Made by a program: the position numbers and the translations under genes
In this document: in pieces, positions 1-8,866 of the stretch
Numbering within the stretch: the stretch's first letter is position 1
Layout: each line of letters opens with the position of its first letter
The notes under the pieces: generated by a model
Database searches by the model: none
What the model saw: only the letters and a program-made list of their open reading frames with translations
Told to the model about the DNA's origin: nothing
Assembly: GCF_000092105.1 (NCBI RefSeq)
Contig: NC_014148.1
Span: 4,890,001 to 4,922,000 of the forward strand
Direction of reading: 5' to 3'
Source of the DNA: Planctopirus limnophila DSM 3776
GTDB taxonomy: Bacteria; Planctomycetota; Planctomycetia; Planctomycetales; Planctomycetaceae
DNA length: 32,000 nt

Positions 1-10
1 ATCAAATGAT

Positions 11-46
11 CTGGGGGCAAACGAAGACGTTTGACCCCAGCCACAC
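11..46 (+). repeat. Hairpin repeat, copy A: CTGGGGGCAAACG-AAGA-CGTTTGACCCCAG-CCACAC
   Basis: 13-nt arms pair at 12 of 13 positions, with one G/A mismatch at position 7, around an AAGA loop. It is 34/34 identical to the reverse complement of 10897-10930. It lies about 100 nt downstream of the exbD stop codon. The window edge may truncate its 5' flank. Confidence 0.75.
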
Positions 47-91
47 AGACGAACTGTATTGGGCTTAAGCCTCGGATCATAAACGTGAAGT

Positions 92-122
92 GGCCCGGAT
101 GATTCTTATAACCATCCGGGCC
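92..122 (-). terminator. Terminator-like hairpin downstream of the ExbB/ExbD cluster
   Basis: Perfect 10-bp GC-rich stem GGCCCGGATG / CATCCGGGCC with an 11-nt loop, beginning 25 nt after the stop of the 147..668 gene. The trailing sequence on the minus strand is only moderately T-rich. Confidence 0.5.
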
Positions 123-146
123 GCTTGAATTGCCTGCTGTGATAGA

Positions 147-668
147 TCAGCTGTTTTTAGGAAGTCGCGGCGGGGCAAACTTGATTTTCTCGACATAGCG
201 AACAAGCTGTTTGGTCTGCGGATCGATCTTGCCTGTGCAGTGTGAAACCGCCTTGATGACATACTCGTAGTGAAGTTCGTAGTCGGCATCGATCTCGACT
301 TCGATATCTTTGGTGGCTGGGTTGCCGGGAGTGCCAATGATCTTGAGCACTTCGGCCCCTAAGGCTTCGAAAGCTCCATCTCCCACACCGAGATTACGCT
401 CGCCAAATTTGAGCTGAGCGAGGTTTCCATTGGCATCGGAAATCAGCTTGATCTTGATATCCGGCACCAGAGGAGCATCGCTGCTCTGTTGTGACGACTG
501 GCCCAGCGGCATGTTGATATCGAAGTTTCCTTCAGGAGCCATGATCTTCAGTTGGAGCATGAAGAAAATGAGCAGTTGAAAGACGATATCAATCATGGGT
601 GCCATGGGCACATCCACTTTACCGCCCGTATCTGGTCTGCGTTTGCTGCCCATGAAACTCGATCTCAC
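147..668 (-). CDS. exbD: ExbD/TolR-family biopolymer transport protein (second copy)
   Basis: 173-aa ORF with a single N-terminal TM helix carrying the family signature MAPMIDIVFQLLIFFML. Size and layout are typical of ExbD/TolR. It sits in tandem with a paralog and an ExbB gene. Confidence 0.9.
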   Translation of the reverse strand: MRSSFMGSKRRPDTGGKVDVPMAPMIDIVFQLLIFFMLQLKIMAPEGNFDINMPLGQSSQQSSDAPLVPDIKIKLISDANGNLAQLKFGERNLGVGDGAFEALGAEVLKIIGTPGNPATKDIEVEIDADYELHYEYVIKAVSHCTGKIDPQTKQLVRYVEKIKFAPPRLPKNS

Positions 669-723
669 TCACTGAACCAGGACGTCTCTCGATAGATCTG
701 CTGATTTAAATAAAAAACTGTCG

Positions 724-1203
724 TCACTTCTCTTCCGAAATGGCCTTGAGCGAAAACTTGGTGTAGCCAATTTCCTGACACTTGCGAATCAGCTCCTGCA
801 CTTTGCCTGTCGGTACCTCACTGTCGGCCCGGAGGATGACTGTCGTTTCGTCAATCGCCCCCTTTCCACCTTTGGCTTCCGCCAGTCGTTTTTCCTGTTC
901 GAGGAGCGGACCGAAGTTATTGATCGTGAATTTATCACCGGCATAGAACACGATGGGCTCTTCGGAAAGTTTTCGTCCGGAGAGATCACGATCAAAGCCG
1001 ACGTTCAACACCAGCTCTTCTGCCGGCTTGACTTCGGGCGGTTTGGCCAGCAGGTCTTTCGGGAGCTTGACGCGTTCATCAGCCTTCGTGTTCTCGAAGT
1101 TGATCACCACCATGAAGAAGGTGAGCAACTGGAACACGATATCAATCATCGGCGTCATATCCGGTTCAATGACGCTGGTGTGATTCAGACGGCGCTTTGC
1201 CAC
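724..1203 (-). CDS. exbD: ExbD/TolR-family biopolymer transport protein (first copy)
   Basis: 159-aa ORF with the N-terminal signature DMTPMIDIVFQLLTFFMVV and an alpha/beta periplasmic domain of typical size. It lies 115 nt downstream of ExbB. Confidence 0.9.
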   Translation of the reverse strand: MAKRRLNHTSVIEPDMTPMIDIVFQLLTFFMVVINFENTKADERVKLPKDLLAKPPEVKPAEELVLNVGFDRDLSGRKLSEEPIVFYAGDKFTINNFGPLLEQEKRLAEAKGGKGAIDETTVILRADSEVPTGKVQELIRKCQEIGYTKFSLKAISEEK

Positions 1204-1318
1204 AAGTCGATTCCTGTGCGAATACGATCAGGGATGTCTTTAATTTTCAGAACAGAAATGTGACGGCTCATTTTTTCCTGAGCGACCAAACTCTTGGATC
1301 GCTCCAGGCTTGAACCGA

Positions 1319-2356
1319 CTAGCCCTGTGGGGCGGCAGCAGGAGCCGCAGCAGCAGGACGAGCCGCCGGGGCTGCTGGAGCAGCAGGTGCCGCTTGTGGT
1401 TTCATACCACTGAAACGGCTCATCAATCCTTCGCTGATGACACTGGCCTCGAACATAAACCGGGCAAAACGATTCTTATAGACAGTGAAGGCGACAATGG
1501 CGGGGATCGCCACAATGAGACCTTCCAGTGTCGTGAAGAGAGCCGTGGCGATACCGTCGGCCAGCTCGTAAGGCTTGGGCTGCTGTGTACTGGTCGCAAT
1601 CACCTGGAAGCTGAGCACCATCCCCTGGACAGTTCCCAGCAGACCGAGCATCGGTGCGACCGAGCCAATCAATGCCAGATAACCGATCTTCTGTTCCATC
1701 CCCAAGGCTTCGTCGTCGCCCACTTCCTGCATCGCGTTTTCGACTTCTTCATAGCCACGGGCGAGGCGAGCCATACCAGCTGCCAGGACTCGGGCCACGA
1801 ATGAATCATCACTTTTCGCAAGTTCGTAGGCACCGGGGTAATCGCGGGCGTTCAGCTTTTCTTCAAAGTCTTCTACGAAGTCAGCAGGAATGTAGTTCAC
1901 TTTGCGGATCTGCAGAAACAGCATCATGATGAGGGCCACCATGACGAACGAGACGAGCATGATCAGAAAGCCGAAAATACCCGAGGCGCGAATCATCCAC
2001 GCGAGGAAACTTTCCTGCTTGCGCTGAGCGAGAATATCAGCCGCAGGATCAGCCGCAGCACCACCGGCGGCTGGTGCAGCCGCTTCTTCCTGGGCCACAG
2101 CGAGTGACGTTCCCGGAAGATCAACTCCCAGAAGATCGGCCCCTGATGAGAACAGACCTGTTCCCATGCCAATGACAACAATTGCACCAACCAGCCAGAA
2201 TGCGGTCCAACGACGGTTCAAAGGGGCACCTCTTGCAAGAACTGCGGAGTGATTCAGGGATGTGAAAATTGAGCCATGATGCACTGGGGACATCGAAAGG
2301 AAACTCTTTCCGACGACCAGCCAAACATGAAGCTGCTTGCCAAATTCAAAAAACAA
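1319..2356 (-). CDS. exbB: MotA/TolQ/ExbB-family proton channel protein
   Basis: 345-aa ORF with hydrophobic helices and the family core (IGYLALIGSVAPMLGLLGTVQGMV ... ADGIATALFTTLEGLIVAIPAIVAF). It has an N-terminal signal or TM segment plus a periplasmic Ala-rich stretch, and a C-terminal Ala/Pro tail. The start is uncertain: an alternative Met lies at 2293. Confidence 0.88.
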   Translation of the reverse strand: MFFEFGKQLHVWLVVGKSFLSMSPVHHGSIFTSLNHSAVLARGAPLNRRWTAFWLVGAIVVIGMGTGLFSSGADLLGVDLPGTSLAVAQEEAAAPAAGGAAADPAADILAQRKQESFLAWMIRASGIFGFLIMLVSFVMVALIMMLFLQIRKVNYIPADFVEDFEEKLNARDYPGAYELAKSDDSFVARVLAAGMARLARGYEEVENAMQEVGDDEALGMEQKIGYLALIGSVAPMLGLLGTVQGMVLSFQVIATSTQQPKPYELADGIATALFTTLEGLIVAIPAIVAFTVYKNRFARFMFEASVISEGLMSRFSGMKPQAAPAAPAAPAARPAAAAPAAAPQG

Positions 2357-2615
2357 CAGGAGTCAAACGATCTTTTGGGATCAAGTCACTCGCTGTAACA
2401 CCGTTACGGAACACAAAACATTCGCTGAAAAGACGAAATCTTCAGGAGAAGATGAAAAATATCGAGTGGATGTTGAACAACGCGTCAAGGCTTGAGTGTA
2501 AGTCTGCTGCCCCCCTGATTCCAGAGGCAATCCCTGGAATGGCAGGCAATCGAGAGAAGTTACCTTACGAATATTTTCTGTGCTAATTCTTGCGGCGAAT
2601 ACCAAACTCCGTTCG

Positions 2616-3701
2616 TTAACTTCCTGAAAGTTTCTTGGCCCAGGGACTGGCGGGATAATCGGCCTCGAGTCGAGCCCGTGCTTCCAACCCCCGGTCAGGG
2701 TGCTGAATGACGCGCCACAAGCCTGCCAGATGATAAAGTGCCTCAGCCCGGGCACCTGATTCGTTAGGGTAGTTCAGATCGACATACAGATAAGCCAGCA
2801 CGGCCTCCATGGGCTTGTTCAGAGCCTGCAGACAGTTGCCTTGCAGGAGTTTGCATTCCGCACCCGTCGCGGCACTGGCCTCTGTCATATTGAGCATGAC
2901 ATCATCCAGAAGTGGCAAGGCTTCCGCATACTTGTTCTGTTGAATAGCGGCTTTGGCTTTGCCCACCATGGCATCGAGCTTGCGTGGTGCCAGCGTTTGA
3001 TCATCACCTGATGCCGAGATGACTTCGTCGAAAGCAGTCACCGCCTGGGGGATCTTGCCCTGTGCCAGGAGAACTCGCCCCACATAGCTGCGCCCCTGCA
3101 ATTTCAACGAGGAATCAGTTACTCCCTCAAAGGATTCCAGAACCTTGGCGGCTTCATCAAACGAGCCTTTGTTGACCAGCAGGTCGGCGAGCAAAATCAC
3201 CGAGGGAAAAAACTGGTAGAAATCTGGGTCACTGGCCTGAATGCCCTTTAATTCCTTGATCGCGTCATCGACTTTCGAGGGTTGAGTCTGAGCCAAAAGG
3301 CCCTTGGCGCGGGCCAGGGTGTAGCCGATTTCCTTCTTCACGTTGTCGCTGGGGAACTTGCCATCAGATTTCAACTTCGAAAGAGCCTCAATGGCTTTGT
3401 CGAAGCGACCGGCCGCCAGATCTCCACTGGCAATCTTGAAGCTGGCGGGCATGGAATCCCACTCGACTGATTGCAACTCCGCCAGAGGGATGGTGACTTC
3501 GTCTCCCGCCTGAGGCTTGACCATCATGCCGGATTTCGTCGAAACCGCAGTCCCGCCCACACGCCCGCCCCCTTTGCGGACGACGATATCTGCTGCTTCA
3601 ACGGCCAATTGCCATGACAGCAGCAATGCTCCGCACATTAAAAATGGTCGTGCGGCCCGCCCTAACTGATCTCCAAACATCGTGTGAACGTTCTGCATCA
3701 T
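2616..3701 (-). CDS. Secreted tetratricopeptide-repeat (TPR) protein
   Basis: 361-aa ORF with an N-terminal signal-like hydrophobic segment (PFLMCGALLLSWQLAVEA). The body is repeated helical A/L/Y-rich TPR-like units. The C-terminal motif EADYPASPWAKK recalls YbgF/CpoB- and BamD-type TPR ends (from memory, not searched). Confidence 0.75.
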   Translation of the reverse strand: MMQNVHTMFGDQLGRAARPFLMCGALLLSWQLAVEAADIVVRKGGGRVGGTAVSTKSGMMVKPQAGDEVTIPLAELQSVEWDSMPASFKIASGDLAAGRFDKAIEALSKLKSDGKFPSDNVKKEIGYTLARAKGLLAQTQPSKVDDAIKELKGIQASDPDFYQFFPSVILLADLLVNKGSFDEAAKVLESFEGVTDSSLKLQGRSYVGRVLLAQGKIPQAVTAFDEVISASGDDQTLAPRKLDAMVGKAKAAIQQNKYAEALPLLDDVMLNMTEASAATGAECKLLQGNCLQALNKPMEAVLAYLYVDLNYPNESGARAEALYHLAGLWRVIQHPDRGLEARARLEADYPASPWAKKLSGS

Positions 3702-3872
3702 ATTGATCTGTCCGTAGGGGCTGTTGTTCCGGCCTGCTGGCTACCTGGGTTCACTGCTCTCAACGAGTGGCAGAGCTCAAACACGCTGGAAAGTTGTCTT
3801 TGAAGGAGTTGTCACAATTCGAAGGCTGATTCAGCATCTGTTTTTCAGGTGGAGAGATAATCCTCACACGAT

Positions 3873-6800
3873 TTAGCCTGGTGGTTCGACGGGAGGCTTG
3901 GGACGGGGTTTGGGAGTTCCCGCAGGTCGAGCCGTCTTCTCACCAGTCGCTTTTTCGCCGGTGGACTTTTCACCCGCAGTGCGAGTGGCTGTCCCTGAGG
4001 GCTTTGGACGACTGGCCGGCTTGGGTGGTGCCTTTCCAGTCGGTTTCGTCGCAATGTCAAAATCAAAATTTCCCAGAGCGGCGGGGGCTCCTCCACCAAA
4101 ATCAACATTCAACGACGTGGGTTCACTCCGGCCAGGTGTTTTGCGGGAACGCTTTTTCTGCTTGTTTCCATTCATGACGAAGAATCCCACCACTCCCAGG
4201 CAGGCCACCACAATCCCGCCGATAATTGCATAAGATGTGGTGGTCGACATCGGCGGAGCAACTTCGGTGATCTTCTCTGGCTCGTCGGGCTTTTTGTCGG
4301 ACGCTTTCTGGTTGCCAGTAGCTCCCGCGACTCCAGCTTCACCGCTTTCAGGTGTCTCGGTGGTTTCGGCCTCGGAAATCATCGCCACTTCACGCGACAG
4401 CGGCATATCGACAGCGGGTTTGCCGGAAGCTTCGAGGACTTTCCGATACAGATCGTTGAATCGTCCGCGCTGTTCGGCGGTCAAATCGGGAAGCACACTC
4501 AAGCTGGCAACCAGTTCAATTTCTGCGTTTTTCAGCTGAGTGGCTCGTTTCTTCTGATCCCCCTGAGATTCTGCCAGAGCCAGGCGTGCAGTTCCGGCGT
4601 TGTAGCGGGCATCGAGATATTGCGGCAACAGATCGGCACGGCCACTGTCCATCGCCTGCTGCAATCGCTGACCTAAGGCGCCAAAACCCCAGACACCTGT
4701 GGCCGGGTTACCGATCAGTGCGATGTTCAGATACTTGGCATCGCTGTTTGTGCCCCAGTCGAGATAGAGCTCAGCGGCCTGTGTCTGCAGGACGACATCA
4801 TTTTTTCTTGAGGCGAGCAGTTCGTTGATGATCTTCTCACCCGCTTCGAAATTCTTCTTCATGCGATGAGCACGAATCAACCGCACTTTTGTCGAAAGGA
4901 GTTGATTCGCACTGGCAAACTCGGGCTCATTTTCACTGCGGCTGAGAATCGATTCGAAGGCCTCGACGGATTTCCCGAAGAACTGATCCTGCTTTTCCTG
5001 ATCACCGGCACTGGCCTCACCTAAAGCCGCATAAGTCTCACCAATCCAGCTCAGCGAAGCCCAGGTCTGACCTTCGGTCCGCTTGGAAAGATCTCCCATG
5101 AATTCTTCGAAGGCCGTTCGCAACTGGTTGTAGCGTTCGGTTTCGCCCGTTTCTTTAAAACGATCGAGTTCTTCTTTCAAAAGTTTGCTGATGCCGATGT
5201 ACAGTTGAGTCACGTCTGCCCCGGCCTGACCAGCAGCGACCTTTTCCAGATCCTTCATGGCCTGGTTGGCTTCTTTGGTCTGGCCAGAGCCGATGTAGGC
5301 CCTGACGAGCAGTTTGAGTGTTTCACCAGCAAAGGCGCGATTCTTGATTCCAGTGGCTGGCCGCTTCTTCTCATCCGGGACTTCAATCGCTTTTCGGGGA
5401 GAATGTGGTTCTGCCGTCAACAGTTTGACCGCTTCTTTATCCTGACCTTGTCCCACCAGAATCTGGGCCAGCGACCATTTGCCAGCAATCAGTTCCGGAG
5501 GGGATGTTCCTTCCGGTGGCAGATTCTCAGAGATCTTGGCGACACCCTGTTCGAGCTTCTTTTGAGCCGTCTGACGCCATTCGGTCATCTGGGCGGCATC
5601 TACGCGCATCGATTCGGGCTTCGTGGCTTCCGCGAGATAGGCATTCCAGAAGGCCTGCCCCGCTGCCATTTGTGCTTCGGCATATTTACCACCCGTTGCT
5701 GGAATCTGCAGATACCAGCCGGTGGCATCGATAAAGCGTTTTTGCAGCTTGTAGAGATTTCCCATCTGCATGCGGACATCGTTGGCTTTTTCGGTATCCG
5801 GGAATCGCTTGAGCATGCGATTGGCGGCATTCACCACAGCCTCAAGTTCTGCTTCGCGAATCGCCCCTTCGGATTGACTCTCCTGATAAGCCTGCACGAG
5901 CGACATCAGCGAGAGGTACGCCGCATCGAGTGCCAACTGCTGATCTTCGTCGCCACGGGCCATGATGGCGGCCTGTTCGCAAATCACGGCGGCCTCGAAG
6001 CTCTTGCCAGTCAAGTAGGCACACAAGCCATAGAGATAGCGGGCCTTGTTGACTTTGACGGGGTCATCCTGCCGACCGGCCAGCTTCAGTGCCAGCTCAA
6101 AGGATCTCAGAGCTTCCTGATCGAGCAGAGAAAGCTCCTGGCGCATTTTGGCGAGTTCGGCTGCTGGTTGTTTCGCAGCGGTGGCTTCTTCGAAAAGCTT
6201 CTGCTTGTCTTGTCGTTCCTGAAGTTTGGCCTGAGCCACGAACAGAGCTGGTTCGAAAGCATCGGGCGCCTTTTCATCGCCAGAAATCTTCTTTTCGAGT
6301 CGGCGGAGAATCTCCATCCCTTCTCGACTGAACTCGCCAAACTGTGAGACATCGCGAGCGTGTGTGGCTGCCAATCGCCAGAACTTTAATTGTTCGGGCT
6401 TGATGAGATTGCGGTCATCTCCCAATCCTTCATAGGCCTTTGCCAATTCGAGTCGAATCCCGAGACCGACGCGACTTCGGAGCAGCGACTTATTCCCTTT
6501 GACCCACTCCTCGCCTTGAGAAGTCACAGCAGCGTAATCAGGTGGTGACTTTCGATTGAGGCAGATCAACTGGAATTGCCGGGCCTGATCTTTCAGTGCC
6601 GACATCGATGGGCTGTTATCGGGCTGATCAAGAATCTCTTTGTAGATACCGAGAGCCTTGGGGAGATCACCCTGCTCTTCAAAGCATTTTCCCTGCCACA
6701 TTCGCGACACGAGCCCAGCCACATTTGTGCGGTACTTCTGATGCAGTTTTTCGTAAGCGTCAGCTGCTGCCTGCAGCAATTCTTTTCGCTGGGCACTATC

Positions 6801-7493
6801 CAACGGATGAGTCTGCGCCTCCTCGTAGCTCGAACGGGCCAGGTCGAGCTGGACGCTGATCAGTCGATTTTCCGTCTCCGCCCGGGCCGCAAACTTTTCG
6901 GCATCCGCCACCTTATCGATGTGCGTAGGGAATGCCTTAAGTGCTGCCTGATATTGATTTTCCGCAGTTGTGAGAATTTCGCGAGCTTCGCTGGCCGACT
7001 TCCGAGCTCGATCATTGGCTTCAGTGGCAGCAGCGCCCTGAAGTGTTCGAGCACTGCCGACTTCTGCCGAAGTACGAGCCAGTAAAATCTCGGCACGCCT
7101 TAAATTGGCTGTGGCTGCTTCGGGCGCATTGGGCGATTCTTTGACGAATTGATTGAGGTAAGCCAGTGCGGAATCGAGTTGAGCCGTCTTTGTTTTTGAA
7201 TCGCGATTGATTTTGGCGGCATCAAGTAAGGTGATGGCGCGTTCGTAGGGAATTCGTGATTTCAGAGTCGCATCAAGTTGCGGTCTGGCTTGTAACTGAT
7301 CCAGATACAACAGAGCGGTGTCGTGGTAGCCGCGACCTCGCAGGCGTTCGATAAACAGCAGATCTTCTTCATTCGCCAGCGCCAGTGGTTGCAGCGACCA
7401 GGCTGCGATCGCCACATACAAGACTGACGCACCAACCTGACGGCTTGTCGCATGCTTTTTAGCAGCACGAACAGCGTTTTTCGCCTGTGACAT
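3873..7493 (-). CDS. Giant TPR-repeat protein with signal peptide, C-terminal TM anchor and basic Pro/Lys-rich tail
   Basis: Uninterrupted 1206-aa ORF. The signal peptide is ASVLYVAIAAWSLQPLALA/NEE. About 1050 aa are helical-repeat sequence. One TM helix (YAIIGGIVVACLGVVGFFVM) is followed by KQKKRSRK and a 99-aa tail containing GEKSTGEKATGEKTA and PKPRPKPPVEPP. Confidence 0.85.
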   Translation of the reverse strand: MSQAKNAVRAAKKHATSRQVGASVLYVAIAAWSLQPLALANEEDLLFIERLRGRGYHDTALLYLDQLQARPQLDATLKSRIPYERAITLLDAAKINRDSKTKTAQLDSALAYLNQFVKESPNAPEAATANLRRAEILLARTSAEVGSARTLQGAAATEANDRARKSASEAREILTTAENQYQAALKAFPTHIDKVADAEKFAARAETENRLISVQLDLARSSYEEAQTHPLDSAQRKELLQAAADAYEKLHQKYRTNVAGLVSRMWQGKCFEEQGDLPKALGIYKEILDQPDNSPSMSALKDQARQFQLICLNRKSPPDYAAVTSQGEEWVKGNKSLLRSRVGLGIRLELAKAYEGLGDDRNLIKPEQLKFWRLAATHARDVSQFGEFSREGMEILRRLEKKISGDEKAPDAFEPALFVAQAKLQERQDKQKLFEEATAAKQPAAELAKMRQELSLLDQEALRSFELALKLAGRQDDPVKVNKARYLYGLCAYLTGKSFEAAVICEQAAIMARGDEDQQLALDAAYLSLMSLVQAYQESQSEGAIREAELEAVVNAANRMLKRFPDTEKANDVRMQMGNLYKLQKRFIDATGWYLQIPATGGKYAEAQMAAGQAFWNAYLAEATKPESMRVDAAQMTEWRQTAQKKLEQGVAKISENLPPEGTSPPELIAGKWSLAQILVGQGQDKEAVKLLTAEPHSPRKAIEVPDEKKRPATGIKNRAFAGETLKLLVRAYIGSGQTKEANQAMKDLEKVAAGQAGADVTQLYIGISKLLKEELDRFKETGETERYNQLRTAFEEFMGDLSKRTEGQTWASLSWIGETYAALGEASAGDQEKQDQFFGKSVEAFESILSRSENEPEFASANQLLSTKVRLIRAHRMKKNFEAGEKIINELLASRKNDVVLQTQAAELYLDWGTNSDAKYLNIALIGNPATGVWGFGALGQRLQQAMDSGRADLLPQYLDARYNAGTARLALAESQGDQKKRATQLKNAEIELVASLSVLPDLTAEQRGRFNDLYRKVLEASGKPAVDMPLSREVAMISEAETTETPESGEAGVAGATGNQKASDKKPDEPEKITEVAPPMSTTTSYAIIGGIVVACLGVVGFFVMNGNKQKKRSRKTPGRSEPTSLNVDFGGGAPAALGNFDFDIATKPTGKAPPKPASRPKPSGTATRTAGEKSTGEKATGEKTARPAGTPKPRPKPPVEPPG

Positions 7494-7928
7494 GGGATCA
7501 GCACCCTGCGGAAGATTCTCGGTGATCGTACAAATTCCAGCTTCTGAATTGGATTAGCCCGCCAGGGGACAGCCAGCTCAGACGTATCAAATCGCTGTCT
7601 GCCAAGTCGAGCAGAATCAACCCATTGAAAAACTGAAATCATCGACGGGCCAGAGACCCATTGAAGTGTCCGTTCACCATACACAGCAGCAAGTGCAGAT
7701 CGCAAGGAGAGACCACCGGCAAAGATCGAGAAGTCTCTGGTGGTTCCCAAAAGGGAGTCGACAATGAACACTTGGTTTGGCCGATTCTTTGCGATCTTGA
7801 ATCGCCAGGCATTTCACATCGGCCTCAAGAGGCGGGCCACCAGATGTTCAGAATCTGTCTGGTGCTCCTGCGAATATTTTCGGCCGAAAACAGTGGTTAT
7901 TCCCGGCTGTGATCACTCGAAAACCGGC

Positions 7929-8174
7929 CTAGGCAGCGGTCTGAGACTGGGCATACAGGATGGCCTGAATGATCTCTTCGGGCACAGGTTCCACTGTTTT
8001 TTCAGGAATCCCGGCCACCAGTTTCAAAGCCACCAAAGTGCGCTGATACCCCTCCAGATAGGCGACACAGGCGGGGCATTCGGCCAGATGGGCATCAAAT
8101 TCGCGCTTCGTTGCCTGCGAAAGCTCTCCATCGAGATAAGCACTGAGAAAATCGGCGACTTCACGGCAGTTCAT
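7929..8174 (-). CDS. Soluble zinc-finger (ZAS-type) anti-sigma factor
   Basis: 81-aa ORF with no TM segment. It carries C3-x25-H29-x3-C33-x2-C36 (HLAECPAC), which is the complete ZAS motif. Its ATG overlaps the sigma-factor stop codon as ATGA at 8171-8174. Confidence 0.85.
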   Translation of the reverse strand: MNCREVADFLSAYLDGELSQATKREFDAHLAECPACVAYLEGYQRTLVALKLVAGIPEKTVEPVPEEIIQAILYAQSQTAA

Positions 8175-8836
8175 AGTTGGTCTCCTGAAAACCAGGGTTC
8201 AAGTAAAGTTCGTAGCGCTTGCCGGGCTCGATGCAGACGTGTTTTGACGACATCGGTCGTGGTCTGAAGGGACTGGGCTGTTTCTTCCGTGTCGAGGCCT
8301 TCGATATCTCTGAGCAACAGAACTGTGCGGTAAATCTCTGGAAGCTCGTTGATTTTCTGATGCAGAAGTTCCCTGAGTTCGTTTCGCTGGGCTAACTCTT
8401 CGGAACTGAGTATGGGACATCGCGGCTCAATGCGATGATGATCATCATCTGTGAACGTCGGTAAAAAGGCATCAATCGTGCGTTTTTCCCGGCGTTCTCG
8501 AACCTGCAACTTTTTGAGAGCCGCATTGACGACAATGCGATGCAGCCAGGTGGAAAACTGCGAGCGAGCGTCAAATTGGTGGATTTTGCGAAAGGCTGAA
8601 AGAAACGCTTCCTGCATCGCCTCGCGGGCATCGTCATCATGACGCAGGATGCGGCGGGCCACGTAATACATCGGATTGCAATAACGGCGCACAAACATCT
8701 CAAAGGCTTCGCGTTCACCGCCTCGCAATCGTTCAATTAGCTGCTGTTCGTCTTCTGCGGGGACATCGTTCATCCTGTCTGGTTCTGGCGGGGAATTCAT
8801 CTCCATGCAGATAACCTTCTCGACGTGCTCCCACAA
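8171..8836 (-). CDS. ECF (group IV) RNA polymerase sigma-70 factor
   Basis: The region 2 signature is FEMFVRRYCNPMYYVARRIL...AMQEAFLSAFRKIHQFD...FSTWLHRIVVNAALKKL. The region 4 HTH is YRTVLLLRDIEGLDTEETAQSL...VKTRLHRARQALR. The start may be an internal Met at 8806, 8800 or 8773. Confidence 0.9.
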   Translation of the reverse strand: MWEHVEKVICMEMNSPPEPDRMNDVPAEDEQQLIERLRGGEREAFEMFVRRYCNPMYYVARRILRHDDDAREAMQEAFLSAFRKIHQFDARSQFSTWLHRIVVNAALKKLQVRERREKRTIDAFLPTFTDDDHHRIEPRCPILSSEELAQRNELRELLHQKINELPEIYRTVLLLRDIEGLDTEETAQSLQTTTDVVKTRLHRARQALRTLLEPWFSGDQL

Positions 8837-8866
8837 CTGATTCGCTGGGGAGTGTGCTGGCTCATG

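Noticed and set aside
8-70. Mini-ORF MIWGQTKTFDPSH... recurring in repeat copies A, B and C (also at 18569..18778).
   Set aside because: The shared peptide is a by-product of the conserved hairpin nucleotides. The downstream sequence and ORF length differ completely between copies. Copy D encodes an unrelated peptide in the same frame.
5205-6347. 380-aa plus-strand ORF, together with many other 60-170-aa ORFs antisense to or overlapping the 1206-aa TPR gene.
   Set aside because: It is a shadow ORF opposite a long, coherent, repeat-structured coding frame. The composition is odd (rich in F, L, R and G) and I recognise no motifs. The same reasoning applies to 1310..1804, 12501..13187, 14646..15164, 20298..21032 and 20596..21132.
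7710-7750. Complementary segments AGAGACCACC ... GTCTCTGGTGG in the leader of the giant TPR gene.
   Set aside because: The two sub-arms occur in permuted order (a-b ... a'-b'), so they cannot form one continuous helix. There is no evidence of function.
7730-7760. Possible ECF-type promoter (GGAACC on the minus strand) in the 435-bp leader upstream of the giant TPR gene.
   Set aside because: Only the -35-like GGAAC is present. No CGTC-type -10 element sits at a 16-17-nt spacing. A single pentamer match is expected by chance.
7877-7890. Perfect 14-bp palindrome TTTTCGGCCGAAAA downstream of the anti-sigma gene.
   Set aside because: As RNA it leaves only a 5-bp A/U stem around a GGCC loop, which is too weak for a terminator. 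It could be a protein-binding site, but nothing else supports that.
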